DNA of 36,824 nucleotides from a virus. Taxonomy: Duplodnaviria; Heunggongvirae; Uroviricota; Caudoviricetes. The notes below the pieces were generated by a model. The model saw only the letters and a list, made by a program, of their open reading frames with translations, ran no database searches and was not told the DNA's origin. Position 1 is the first letter of the stretch, and each line of letters begins with the position of its first letter. A program made the position numbers and the translations under genes. The stretch lies in IMG/VR virus record IMGVR_UViG_2585427781_000006, one strand, 5' to 3'. Positions 9,366-18,288 of this stretch are shown in pieces.

Positions 9366-10019
9366 TCATTTCGATGATTGATCCAGATGTGTATATAACC
9401 ATTGAAAGAGTTTTCTAATTTTTGTGATAGTATCTTTTAAATAATTTAAGGAGATTATTATATTATTTTCATTGTTTAATGAAAGAGTAGGTGTTTTATC
9501 AATGATATTTTTTAAGGCTACAGCTGTGCTCATTTTTTTAATGTCTCCATTAGCATGAACTATGCAATTCCTTACTTTGTTAAACTCTGTCATGAATTGC
9601 CACTCTTGTGACAGGCCAAAGTTTATATCCATTAATTTTGTTAAATATCTTTTTGCTTTGTGGATGCCATCACCATTAAAATCGGTTACTGATATATTGG
9701 TGTTTACAATCCTTTGACATATATTGCAATAGTCGTTTAGGTTGTGCTCTAAGCATGAGTATAAAGATACCAAAGCAGATTTATTAAAAATATTTGGTTG
9801 TATGTTAACTAAGAAATCATATTGCTCTGAATAATAGTCTTCTAAGTAATTAATATAATCGTCAGGAGCATTCTTTTTTTCATCTTCATATGCTTTTTTT
9901 AATTCCGATAAGTCAACTCTGTTTTGGCCGCCTGCTCCTAGGATATATTTTTCGAAATCATCAATCTGCGCTTCAAGTGAATATCTTGATAGCTGTGCGA
10001 AAAGTTTGTATTTACTCAT
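9366..10019 (-). CDS. Hypothetical accessory protein with HEPN-like R-N-x3-H motif (candidate Abi-type RNase)
   Basis: 217 aa ORF in the AT-rich island. Motif KVRNCIVHANGD matches the canonical HEPN R-[N]-x3-H signature in spacing and context. Confidence 0.6.
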   Translation of the reverse strand: MSKYKLFAQLSRYSLEAQIDDFEKYILGAGGQNRVDLSELKKAYEDEKKNAPDDYINYLEDYYSEQYDFLVNIQPNIFNKSALVSLYSCLEHNLNDYCNICQRIVNTNISVTDFNGDGIHKAKRYLTKLMDINFGLSQEWQFMTEFNKVRNCIVHANGDIKKMSTAVALKNIIDKTPTLSLNNENNIIISLNYLKDTITKIRKLFQWLYTHLDQSSK

Positions 10020-10362
10020 CGGTATGCCATTCCTTTTTAATTATAAACCTTTGGGTTAAAAGGTGCTGAAAATAGTAACTCATTATTTTTGTTTGTAAAG
10101 GGGGTATTGTTTTTACTAGATCAAGATAAAACAATGGGAATATCCGCTTTTCGCTCACAGCGGACTTTCATCTTTGTAAACCCGTATGATTAGCTTTTCA
10201 GCGGTCATTCAGATACGGATTTACGCTTCCCTTGGCTGTGCATGACTATGACGCATGAGATCGCATGATCGTTAGAGGATCGTTTTTGCTGAGGCCAGCC
10301 AGAACTGGCGTGCTTTTGCTTATGTCGTGCAGGTGCATGAAAACCACTACATAAAGCGGGCA

Positions 10363-10381
10363 GGCGTGGCGGGGATACGAG
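10363..10381. other. Probable cos site (cohesive end region)
   Basis: GGCGTGGCGGGGA at 10363..10375 matches the first 13 nt of the 186 cohesive end as recalled (GGCGTGGCGGGGAAAGCAT; P2 GGCGAGGCGGGGAAAGCAC). Lies in a 500-bp non-coding GC-normal stretch. Confidence 0.45.
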
Positions 10382-10410
10382 CGCGCGCTAAGTCATATAA
10401 GAGTTATATA

Positions 10411-10439
10411 TTGATTTGATTGCTGGACATGCATACAGT
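10411..10439 (+). promoter_or_regulatory. Candidate promoter of the kinase/HIRAN operon (TTGATT-17-TACAGT) with degenerate LexA-like box
   Basis: -35 TTGATT 10411..10416, 17-nt spacer, -10 TACAGT 10434..10439. CTGG-N8-ACAG at 10423..10438 is one mismatch from the LexA box core. Shares the 13-mer ATGCATACAGTAT with the tum promoter region. Confidence 0.3.
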
Positions 10440-10533
10440 ATCGCTCTATCATCTAATAAATCTTAGAGTATTTGACAATGTTTGGATAAAATGGAACCTA
10501 ACTTATTCATAATCCGCTAAACAGGGATGTCAG

Positions 10534-11448
10534 ATGCCATACCAATTGGTAGAGCTTAGCCCCGTAGCTAACGATCTTGAACAGTTAGGAACCAAAGAGA
10601 AGTTTTGGTTCTATTTCTCCGATGACACTGTAAATTTGCAGTTGTTTAAGTACTCTAGGCCAGGTACTGGCGAGCATTGGTCTGAAAAGTGTGCTGCTGA
10701 GTTATGTCATTTGCTTAACATTCCACATGCTAGCTATGATTTGGCGCGATACAATGGTCGATTCGGTGTGGTGACTCAGAATATCATTCCATCTGGTTTC
10801 CGGATGGTAATGGGAAATGAAGTGCTTCACAGTTCGACATTCGATTATCCAGGGCCTTTACAAGCCGGGGAAAAGCCGGTAAGGGTCAGAGAACACACTG
10901 TCACAAGGGTATTGGGTTGTTTAGATAGGGAATCTATCAAGCCTCCTCCGAGTGTATATGATCTAACCGGGCTAAATGCAGCAGATGTATTTTGTGGATT
11001 TTTGATGCTCGATGCACTTGTGAGTAATCAAGATCGCCATCATGAAAATTGGGCGATCATGCTTAACAATGAAACTGGTGAGCAGTTTTTGTGTCCAACA
11101 TACGATCATGCCGCTAGTTTAGGAAGGGAGATGTTAGATGATGAGCGTAACGAACGGCTTAATACTAAAGATAAAAATCGACAAATCCCATGTTTTGTAA
11201 GAAAAGCTCGCTCTGAGCTATTCAAAGCAAAAACTGATAAAAAGCCCTTGCTGACCGTTGAAGCATTTCAACATGCAGTTGAAGGGAGAGTTGCCGCTCG
11301 CGACCATTGGTTAGGTAAGTTGAGCGTTTTAACAGAAGATTCCATTACAGATGTGTTTAACCAAGTGCCTTCATCGTGTATATCCGACAGTGCACGTAGA
11401 TTTGCAACGTTAATGGTAATGGAAAATCGCAGAAGGTTACTAGAATGA
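10534..11448 (+). CDS. HipA-family Ser/Thr kinase, short form (kinase core only)
   Basis: 304 aa. Gly-rich loop-like LGTKEKFWF near the N-terminus (compare HipA VAGAQEKT), catalytic loop SNQDRHHENWA (compare HipA TDGHAKNFS) and CPTYDHAAS (compare HipA TPFYDIIS). Lacks the HipA N-terminal domain. Confidence 0.7.
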   Translation: MPYQLVELSPVANDLEQLGTKEKFWFYFSDDTVNLQLFKYSRPGTGEHWSEKCAAELCHLLNIPHASYDLARYNGRFGVVTQNIIPSGFRMVMGNEVLHSSTFDYPGPLQAGEKPVRVREHTVTRVLGCLDRESIKPPPSVYDLTGLNAADVFCGFLMLDALVSNQDRHHENWAIMLNNETGEQFLCPTYDHAASLGREMLDDERNERLNTKDKNRQIPCFVRKARSELFKAKTDKKPLLTVEAFQHAVEGRVAARDHWLGKLSVLTEDSITDVFNQVPSSCISDSARRFATLMVMENRRRLLE

Positions 11449-12185
11449 CTAATACAAACTCCGTTTACGTCGCATGGCAGGCACCAGATACCAGAGACTG
11501 GCATGTTGTTGGTAACTTGCAAGAGCGCAAATCGGGGTATGTTTTCAGGTATACCAAAGGTGCTCTTAAATCTACTAAATTTACAAAGTTTAGCGGCATG
11601 AGTGATGTTCGTGAAACTTATGTTTCGGAAGAATTGTTTCCTCTTTTTAAAAATCGCCTTTTATCACCGAGACGTCCAGAGTATCCGAGTTTCATTAAAT
11701 GGCTTGGATTTGAAGAAGATAAGGTAAATCCTATCGATATTCTTGCTCGCTCGGGAGGCTTACGAAGCACTGATCAGCTGCAGATTTTCAAAAAAATTGA
11801 TGTTGATTCTGATGGTAACTTTGAGCATTTTTTCTTCTTACATGGACTTGGTTACTTAAATAGCTTAGCTAATGCTCGTGTATCTGAATTGAAACCGGGG
11901 CAAATTTTGCGTCTTTGCTTGGATCTTCAAAATGAATACGATGGGGATGCTGTTGTCGTTCGTGCAGATAAACCAGCTGAAATCGTTGGTTACTGCCCTA
12001 GGTATTTAAGTAATGATATCAAGAAGATGTTATTGGATGATCCAAAATCAATCACTTTAACGGTCGAAAAGATTAGCGATGATGCTCCTCATAACTATCG
12101 GTTATTATGTAAATTATCAGGAGTACTAAGCCAAGCCTGTCAATCGACGCTGATTCCTCAGGATGAGTTTGAACCTATTGAGTAA
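11445..12185 (+). CDS. HIRAN-domain protein with HipA-N-terminal-like (HipS-like) region
   Basis: 246 aa, start overlapping the kinase stop (ATGA). C-terminal LRLCLDLQNEYDGDAVVVRADKPAEIVGYCPRYLSNDIKKMLLD fits the HIRAN signature. N-terminal half shows the pattern of the HipA N-domain (LFKNRLLSPRRP ... PIDILARSGG versus HipA FFDNLLPDSP ... PFDLLSEIGRD). Confidence 0.6.
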   Translation: MTNTNSVYVAWQAPDTRDWHVVGNLQERKSGYVFRYTKGALKSTKFTKFSGMSDVRETYVSEELFPLFKNRLLSPRRPEYPSFIKWLGFEEDKVNPIDILARSGGLRSTDQLQIFKKIDVDSDGNFEHFFFLHGLGYLNSLANARVSELKPGQILRLCLDLQNEYDGDAVVVRADKPAEIVGYCPRYLSNDIKKMLLDDPKSITLTVEKISDDAPHNYRLLCKLSGVLSQACQSTLIPQDEFEPIE

Positions 12186-12191
12186 ATGAAG

Positions 12192-12215
12192 AAAAGCCAC
12201 CAAACGGTGGCTTTT
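12192..12215. terminator. Bidirectional intrinsic terminator between the HIRAN gene and the portal gene
   Basis: Perfect 10-bp stem aaaagccacc-aaac-ggtggctttt with T-rich flank; A/T runs on both strands. Confidence 0.6.
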
Positions 12216-12219
12216 CTTA

Positions 12220-13260
12220 TTATGGGACTATATCTAGCGAGTAGGTATTAAACTGTATCGCCTCCTTGCCAAGCCAATCATTCATCTCCTGTAATCGCTT
12301 TTGTAGTGGCATTAGCTCATTTCGGACGAATACACGGCTGGCCTTCTCCACATCCCCAAACCCCCCGACATTATTAGGCATTATCCCCATCATTTGTGGC
12401 GGCACACGATGCGCCGCCATCATGTCGTCCCGGCTCACGTTCTTGATATTCAGGAACTCATCCTTCGCCGCCACTTCTGACAACGGGATAATCTGAAGCC
12501 CGTCCTTTTTACCGTTAGGCGAGTACATAAACAGGTTACGGAAGTTACCAGGACCTTTGGCGCTTTTCATCGCATTGCGGAGGTTGTTCACATCCTCCTG
12601 GTTCTGCGCTGCATCGGTCATGTACATGATGAAGCCTGCATGACTGCCGTTAATGTAATACTTGCGGCGGAACAGCGTGGCGGACTCGTTGAGCAGAGCT
12701 GACGGAATGGCAGAAAGATAACCAGGCAGGCCGTAGATCTCCTGGTTGATGTCCGGTTCCATCAGATGAAAAATGTTGCCTTTCGTGAACTGATACGGCT
12801 GCGTAGTCATGCCGTATTGCACAAACCAGTAGGTATCAAGGTCTAACCCGCGTCGGGTGTATTTTGCCAGTGCAGGCTCAAGGGCGATAACTTCACCGAA
12901 GCGGTTCGTGCGTTTCTCCAGGTAGGCGTTACCAAAAACCAGATAGTCCTGTACAAAACGCGAAAAAGCCTGCTGGCTGAGCAGCGGGTGAGGGATGTAG
13001 GTGCTGGTCAGAATGTTGCACTTCACTGCAATCGGTGAGCTGTGATGCACGGCGGCGCGGAAGGTTCGCGCCAGTCCGTCGAAACTCACAGGCGGCTCGT
13101 ACCAACGATCCATCTGTACGCATTCCACATAGTCCAGCAGTTCGCGGCGGTCCAGAACAGGAACGGGATCACCGAAGCTGAATGCTTCGGCTGAAGTCTG
13201 GCTTTTATGCTGGATCTGTTTCGTCGACGCAGCGCGGTTCTTCTTACTCTTTCCCATCAA
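12220..13260 (-). CDS. Q: Portal protein gpQ
   Basis: 346 aa, size and position as in P2 Q (adjacent to the large terminase gene, divergent from the capsid operon). Confidence 0.88.
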   Translation of the reverse strand: MMGKSKKNRAASTKQIQHKSQTSAEAFSFGDPVPVLDRRELLDYVECVQMDRWYEPPVSFDGLARTFRAAVHHSSPIAVKCNILTSTYIPHPLLSQQAFSRFVQDYLVFGNAYLEKRTNRFGEVIALEPALAKYTRRGLDLDTYWFVQYGMTTQPYQFTKGNIFHLMEPDINQEIYGLPGYLSAIPSALLNESATLFRRKYYINGSHAGFIMYMTDAAQNQEDVNNLRNAMKSAKGPGNFRNLFMYSPNGKKDGLQIIPLSEVAAKDEFLNIKNVSRDDMMAAHRVPPQMMGIMPNNVGGFGDVEKASRVFVRNELMPLQKRLQEMNDWLGKEAIQFNTYSLDIVP

Positions 13261-15023
13261 AAAATCTCCACAATATTGCTGGTATTGGCGGACTCGCCCT
13301 GCAGCGGTTCGTTAAACAGTGCGTGCATTGTTGCCCAGGCCAGATCGGCATGGCTGGCTTCTTCGCTGCGGCTGGCTTCATAGGTCGGGCGGTTGCCACT
13401 GGCAGTGGTAGCGCGACGGATTGCCATAAATGACTGCGCAATGTCGGTGTGCCCGGCGTCAAACTCCAGACGGCGGTGGCTGATAATGTCGTAGGCCTTG
13501 AGTACCAGGGCGTTTTTAACGTTGGGGTTATAGACAAACTCCCTGACGGCAGGAAAAAACGCTTTCACGTTCTCGTAAACCCCGTGACCGACGCCGGTCG
13601 AGTCGATACCGATATAGGTCACGTTATACTGTTCGGTCAGTTTTTTGATGGCGTCAGCCTGGGCGCGGAAGTCCATCCCGCGCCACTGGTGACGCTCAAG
13701 AATGCGGAACTTACCACCCGGCACGGCTGGCGGAGCCACCACCACGCATCCGGCACTGTCGCCGTTCTGCGTACCTTTTGCCGGGTCATAACCGATCCAC
13801 ACTTCGCGCCAGCCAAACGGGCGCAGGGCCAGTGCATGAAAGTCGGTCCAGACTTCCCAGCTGTCCACCATGCACGCCTGCAGTTCGCTGAGCGGGAACA
13901 CGGACGCGAGATCGTCCACGAACTCGCACATCAGCAGGTTCTGGTATTCGTCCGGGCTGTACTCCATGCGCAGCTGGTCGAGGTCGAACAGGTTACAGCC
14001 GCCGCGCACCGCATCTTCCACGGTGACTATCTGGCGGTATTGCCCGTCTGCGCACAGTAGGCCGGGGGCCAGATTGCTGTGGGACAGGTCGATGTCCACC
14101 TTGTCAGCTTTGTTGCGTCCACGGTTGAACAGCGCACCGGACCAGAACGGATAAGCACTGTGGGTCAGGCTGGATGGCGTGGAAAAATAGGTTTGTCGCC
14201 ATTTCTTGTGAATAGCCATACCGGAAGCCACTTTGCGCAACTCCTGGAATTTCGGTATCCAGAAATATTCATCCAGATACAGGTTGCCGTGGTAACTCTG
14301 CGCCGTGCGGGCATTGGTGCCGAGGAAGTAAAGCGTGGCCCCGTTAGGAAGCACCATCGGATCGCCTTTCAGCTCCACCTCGACTTCTTTGGCGAAGTCG
14401 ATGATGTACTGCTTAAAGACGTGAGCCTGTGCCTTACTGGCAGAAAGGAAAATCTGGTTACGTCCGGTAAGCAGGGCGTCAATCAGGGCTTCACGGGCAA
14501 AGTAAAAGGTCGCGCCGATCTGGCGTGACTTCAGCAGGTTGCGGATGCGGTTGGTTTTTCCGGCTTCCCACCAGTGGCGCTGGTAGTTGAACATGGAGGA
14601 ATGGAAGATTTCTTCCAGTTTCTCTATCTGTTCATCGGTGAAAACATTCTTTTCCGGCTGACGGCGCGGGCCTTTGTTGCGGTTGGCGACGTTAGGGTTT
14701 AAGTCGGCTTCGTTGCCGCCATTGTTAAACTTGCCGATCCGCGCGTGGCGCTCCGACTGGCGCGCCAGCAGGTCAATTTCTTTGAAATCTTTCCCTTCTT
14801 TGTGCTCCTTCATAATGAGCTGGCAGTAGCGTGCGGCGGTGGTGAGCTGCATCTGATCCAGCGGCCCATAGTCACCCCACTTGTCGCGTTTTTTCCAGCT
14901 GTGAACGGTTGCAACTTTCTCGCCCAGCATTTCAGCAATGCGGGCTACGCGGTATCCCTGAAAGTACAGCAGCATGGCCTGCCGACGGGGATCGAGATCT
15001 GCGGGTGTCAGTGTGGTGTTCAT
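13257..15023 (-). CDS. P: Terminase large (ATPase) subunit gpP
   Basis: 588 aa, size as P2 P; stop overlaps the Q start. Confidence 0.9.
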   Translation of the reverse strand: MNTTLTPADLDPRRQAMLLYFQGYRVARIAEMLGEKVATVHSWKKRDKWGDYGPLDQMQLTTAARYCQLIMKEHKEGKDFKEIDLLARQSERHARIGKFNNGGNEADLNPNVANRNKGPRRQPEKNVFTDEQIEKLEEIFHSSMFNYQRHWWEAGKTNRIRNLLKSRQIGATFYFAREALIDALLTGRNQIFLSASKAQAHVFKQYIIDFAKEVEVELKGDPMVLPNGATLYFLGTNARTAQSYHGNLYLDEYFWIPKFQELRKVASGMAIHKKWRQTYFSTPSSLTHSAYPFWSGALFNRGRNKADKVDIDLSHSNLAPGLLCADGQYRQIVTVEDAVRGGCNLFDLDQLRMEYSPDEYQNLLMCEFVDDLASVFPLSELQACMVDSWEVWTDFHALALRPFGWREVWIGYDPAKGTQNGDSAGCVVVAPPAVPGGKFRILERHQWRGMDFRAQADAIKKLTEQYNVTYIGIDSTGVGHGVYENVKAFFPAVREFVYNPNVKNALVLKAYDIISHRRLEFDAGHTDIAQSFMAIRRATTASGNRPTYEASRSEEASHADLAWATMHALFNEPLQGESANTSNIVEIF

Positions 15024-15069
15024 GGCACAAACCTACAGCCTTGAATGAAGGCTTTCCCCGCCTGCGGTT

Positions 15070-15087
15070 TGTGTGGTTGTCGGTACA
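15070..15087. promoter_or_regulatory. Ogr/Delta-type late promoter dyad TGT-N12-ACA (P/O intergenic)
   Basis: TTTGTgtggttgtcggtACAAA palindrome between the divergent P and O genes. Confidence 0.5.
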
Positions 15088-15165
15088 AATACCGCGCATT
15101 GTTTCACTGCCCCCATCACCGCAACCATAAGGCTCCTGTAAGTTTTTTCTAACGGAGCACGGCTC

Positions 15166-15999
15166 ATGACAGTGAAAGCAAAGCGTTTTCGCATCGGGGT
15201 GGAAGGTGCCACCACCGACGGACGCGAAATCCAGCGTGAATGGCTGGAACAGATGGCAGCCAGCTACAACCCGGCGGTGTATACCGCGCTGATTAACCTT
15301 GAGCACATCAAGTCTTATCTGCCGGACAGCACCTTTAACCGCTACGGCAAGGTGACGGCGCTGTTTGCTGAAGAAATCACGGAAGGTCCGCTGGCAGGCA
15401 AGATGGCGCTGTATGCCGACGTTGAGCCAACGGAGTCCCTGGTGGAACTGGTGAAAAAAGGCCAGAAATTATTCACCTCTATGGAAGTCAGCCCGAAGTT
15501 CGCTGATACGGGCAAAGCCTATCTGGTCGGCCTGGCTGCCACTGATGACCCTGCCAGTCTGGGTACGGAAATGCTGACATTCAGCGCCAGTGCAGCCCAT
15601 AACCCGCTGGCAAACCGCAAGCAGAATCCTGCCAATCTCTTTACCGCTGCAGAGGAAACGGTGATCGAACTGGAAGAAATCCAGGACGACAAACCGTCCC
15701 TGTTTGCCCGCGTCACGGCGCTGTTTACCAAAAAAGAGCAGTCCGATGACGCCCGGTTCTCTGATGTGCATAAGGCCGTGGAGCTGGTCGCCACTGAGCA
15801 GCAGAACCTGAGCGCACGCACCGAAAAATCCCTGTCTGAGCAGGAAGAACGCCTGTCTGAGCTGGAGACTGCCCTGCAGGCACAGCAAACCGCCTTTAAC
15901 GAACTGGTGGACAAGCTGAGTCATGAAGACAGTCGCCAGGACTACCGCCAGCGTGCAACAGGCGGTAACGCCCCCGCTGACACTCTGACCAATTGCTGA
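15166..15999 (+). CDS. O: Capsid scaffolding protein gpO
   Basis: 277 aa, first gene of the rightward capsid operon, size as P2 O. Confidence 0.88.
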   Translation: MTVKAKRFRIGVEGATTDGREIQREWLEQMAASYNPAVYTALINLEHIKSYLPDSTFNRYGKVTALFAEEITEGPLAGKMALYADVEPTESLVELVKKGQKLFTSMEVSPKFADTGKAYLVGLAATDDPASLGTEMLTFSASAAHNPLANRKQNPANLFTAAEETVIELEEIQDDKPSLFARVTALFTKKEQSDDARFSDVHKAVELVATEQQNLSARTEKSLSEQEERLSELETALQAQQTAFNELVDKLSHEDSRQDYRQRATGGNAPADTLTNC

Positions 16000-16015
16000 T
16001 GGAGCACAAAACCCG

Positions 16016-17074
16016 ATGAAGAAGAATACCCGCTTTGCTTTTAACGCTTACCTGCAGCAGCTGGCGCGTCTGAACGGTGTGGCAGTTGAAGAACTGTCCA
16101 GCAAGTTCACCGTGGAGCCGTCTGTGCAGCAGACGCTGGAAGACCAGATCCAGCAGTCCGCCGCTTTCCTGACGCTGATTAACGTCACGCCAGTGACTGA
16201 GCAGTCCGGTCAGCTGCTGGGGCTGGGAGTTGGCAGCACCATTGCCGGAACCACTGACACCACCGCGAAAGAGCGTGAACCTGTCGATCCGACGCTGATG
16301 GTCGATGTGGAATATAAATGCGAGCAGACCAACTTTGACACGGTGCTGACCTACGCGAAGCTGGACCTGTGGGCGAAGTTTCAGGATTTCCAGGTGCGCA
16401 TCCGTGACGCCATCGTGAAACGTCAGGCTCTGGACCGCATCATGATCGGCTTTAACGGCGTGAAGCGTGCGAAACCCTCCAGCCGTAGCGAAAACCCGCT
16501 GCTGCAGGATGTGAACAAAGGCTGGCTGCAGAAAATCCGTGAAGATGCACCGGATCACGTCATGGGCAGCACCACCACGGGCGGTGAAACCACACCGGGT
16601 GCGGTGAAAGTCGGGAAAGGTGGCGAATATGCCAACCTGGACGCCGTGGTGATGGATGCCGTCAATGAGCTTATCGATGTGGTCTACCAGGACGATGACG
16701 ATCTGGTGGTGATTTGCGGTCGTGAACTGCTGTCTGACAAGTATTTCCCGCTGGTCAACAAAGAGCAGGAAAACAGTGAAAAACTGGCTGCCGATATGAT
16801 CATCAGTCAGAAACGCATGGGTGGCCTGCAGGCCGTGCGTGCGCCGTTCTTCCCGCCGAATGCACTGCTGATCACCCGTCTGGATAACCTGTCCATCTAC
16901 TGGCAGGAAGACACCCGCCGCCGCTCAGTTATCGACAACCCGAAACGTGACCGGATTGAAAACTTTGAATCCGTTAACGAAGCCTATGTGGTTGAGGACT
17001 ACCGCTGCGCCGCACTGGTGGAAAACATCCAGATTGGCGACTTCAGCGCCGCAGCAGCAGAAACCGGAGCGTAA
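16016..17074 (+). CDS. N: Major capsid protein gpN
   Basis: 352 aa, follows gpO; size as P2 N. Confidence 0.9.
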   Translation: MKKNTRFAFNAYLQQLARLNGVAVEELSSKFTVEPSVQQTLEDQIQQSAAFLTLINVTPVTEQSGQLLGLGVGSTIAGTTDTTAKEREPVDPTLMVDVEYKCEQTNFDTVLTYAKLDLWAKFQDFQVRIRDAIVKRQALDRIMIGFNGVKRAKPSSRSENPLLQDVNKGWLQKIREDAPDHVMGSTTTGGETTPGAVKVGKGGEYANLDAVVMDAVNELIDVVYQDDDDLVVICGRELLSDKYFPLVNKEQENSEKLAADMIISQKRMGGLQAVRAPFFPPNALLITRLDNLSIYWQEDTRRRSVIDNPKRDRIENFESVNEAYVVEDYRCAALVENIQIGDFSAAAAETGA

Positions 17075-17077
17075 TTC

Positions 17078-17728
17078 ATGAGCCTGAGTCCCGCACGGCA
17101 GCATCGCCTGCGCGTTCAGGCTGAACAGGCCGCCCGCGAGGGCGGCAGCGTTCGCCACGCGTCGGGCTATGACCTGATGCTGCTGCAACTGGCGGAAGAC
17201 CGCCGCCGTCTCAAGGGCGTTCAGTCCACGGTCAAAAAAGAGGAAATCAAGGTGGAGCTGCTGCCGAAGTACGCCGCCTGGGCGGAGGGTGTCCTTGCTG
17301 CCGGAGGCGCTCAACAGGATGACGTGCTGATGTACGTGATGCTGTGGCGCATTGATGCCGGAGATTATGCCGGGGCGCTGGAGATCGGGCGTCACGCCCT
17401 GCGTCATGGCTGGGTGATGCCGCTGGGTAATCGCAATGTGCAGACCGTGCTGGCAGAGGAAATGGCAGACGCGGCGCAGAGCGCAATGCTTGCCGCCACC
17501 GGCTTTGATGCCGATCTGTTGCTGCAGACGCTGGAGCTGACAGACGGTCTGGATATGCCGGACCAGTCACGGGCGCGTCTGCATAAAGCGATTGGCGCTG
17601 TCCTGAGTGAAAGCAATCCGGCTTCCGCCCTTAACCATCTCAACCATGCGTTGCAGCTCGATCCCCGCTGTGGCGTGAAAAAAGACAAACAGCAGCTGGA
17701 GCGCAGACTGCGCAATGACAGCCGCTGA
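17078..17728 (+). CDS. M: Terminase small (endonuclease) subunit gpM
   Basis: 216 aa, follows N as in P2. Confidence 0.82.
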   Translation: MSLSPARQHRLRVQAEQAAREGGSVRHASGYDLMLLQLAEDRRRLKGVQSTVKKEEIKVELLPKYAAWAEGVLAAGGAQQDDVLMYVMLWRIDAGDYAGALEIGRHALRHGWVMPLGNRNVQTVLAEEMADAAQSAMLAATGFDADLLLQTLELTDGLDMPDQSRARLHKAIGAVLSESNPASALNHLNHALQLDPRCGVKKDKQQLERRLRNDSR

Positions 17729-17823
17729 CAGAACGTGCCCCCGCGCACGGGCGGCACGGGGTGGCGAAAGGCACAGCCACATCAAAACTCCGTCCACCGC
17801 CCTCTATTTCAGGAGAAAGCAGC

Positions 17824-18288
17824 ATGAAGTTTGTTGCACCAGAACAGGCACCGGAACAGGCGGAAATCATCAGAAATACGCCGTTCTGGCCTGATGTGGA
17901 CCTGTCGGAGTTTCGCAGTGTGATGCGCACTGACGGCACGGTGACGCAGCCGCGTTTAAAGCAGGTTGCGCTGTCGGCAATTTCGGAGGTCAACGCAGAA
18001 CTGTATGAGTTTCGCAGACGCCAGCAGATGCTGGGATATGCCTCGCTGGCAGAGGTTCCGGCGGAACAACTGGACGGCAAAAGTGAGCGCATTCAGCACT
18101 ATTTCAACGCGGTTTACTGCTGGGCACGCGCCATGCTCAACGAACGTTACCAGGACTATGACGCCACGGCGTCTGGTGTGAAGCGGGGCGAGGAACTGGC
18201 GGAAGCCAGCGGTGATTTGTGGCGTGACGCCCGCTGGGCCATCAGCCGGGTACAGGATGCGCCGCACTGCACAGTGGAGCTTATCTGA
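17824..18288 (+). CDS. L: Head completion/stabilisation protein gpL
   Basis: 154 aa from ATG 17824 with AGGAG RBS; position as P2 L. Confidence 0.82.
   Translation: MKFVAPEQAPEQAEIIRNTPFWPDVDLSEFRSVMRTDGTVTQPRLKQVALSAISEVNAELYEFRRRQQMLGYASLAEVPAEQLDGKSERIQHYFNAVYCWARAMLNERYQDYDATASGVKRGEELAEASGDLWRDARWAISRVQDAPHCTVELI

Noticed and set aside
10020-10533. Retron msr/msd-like ncRNA or CRISPR array in the 500-bp non-coding stretch
   Set aside because: No reverse transcriptase gene nearby, no regularly spaced direct repeats, and the stretch is better explained by cos plus promoter elements.
15896-16558. 220-aa minus-strand ORF across the gpO/gpN junction, with similar antisense ORFs 15469..15924 and 16925..17407
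   Set aside because: Antisense to strongly supported capsid genes, Arg/Leu-rich composition, no start context.
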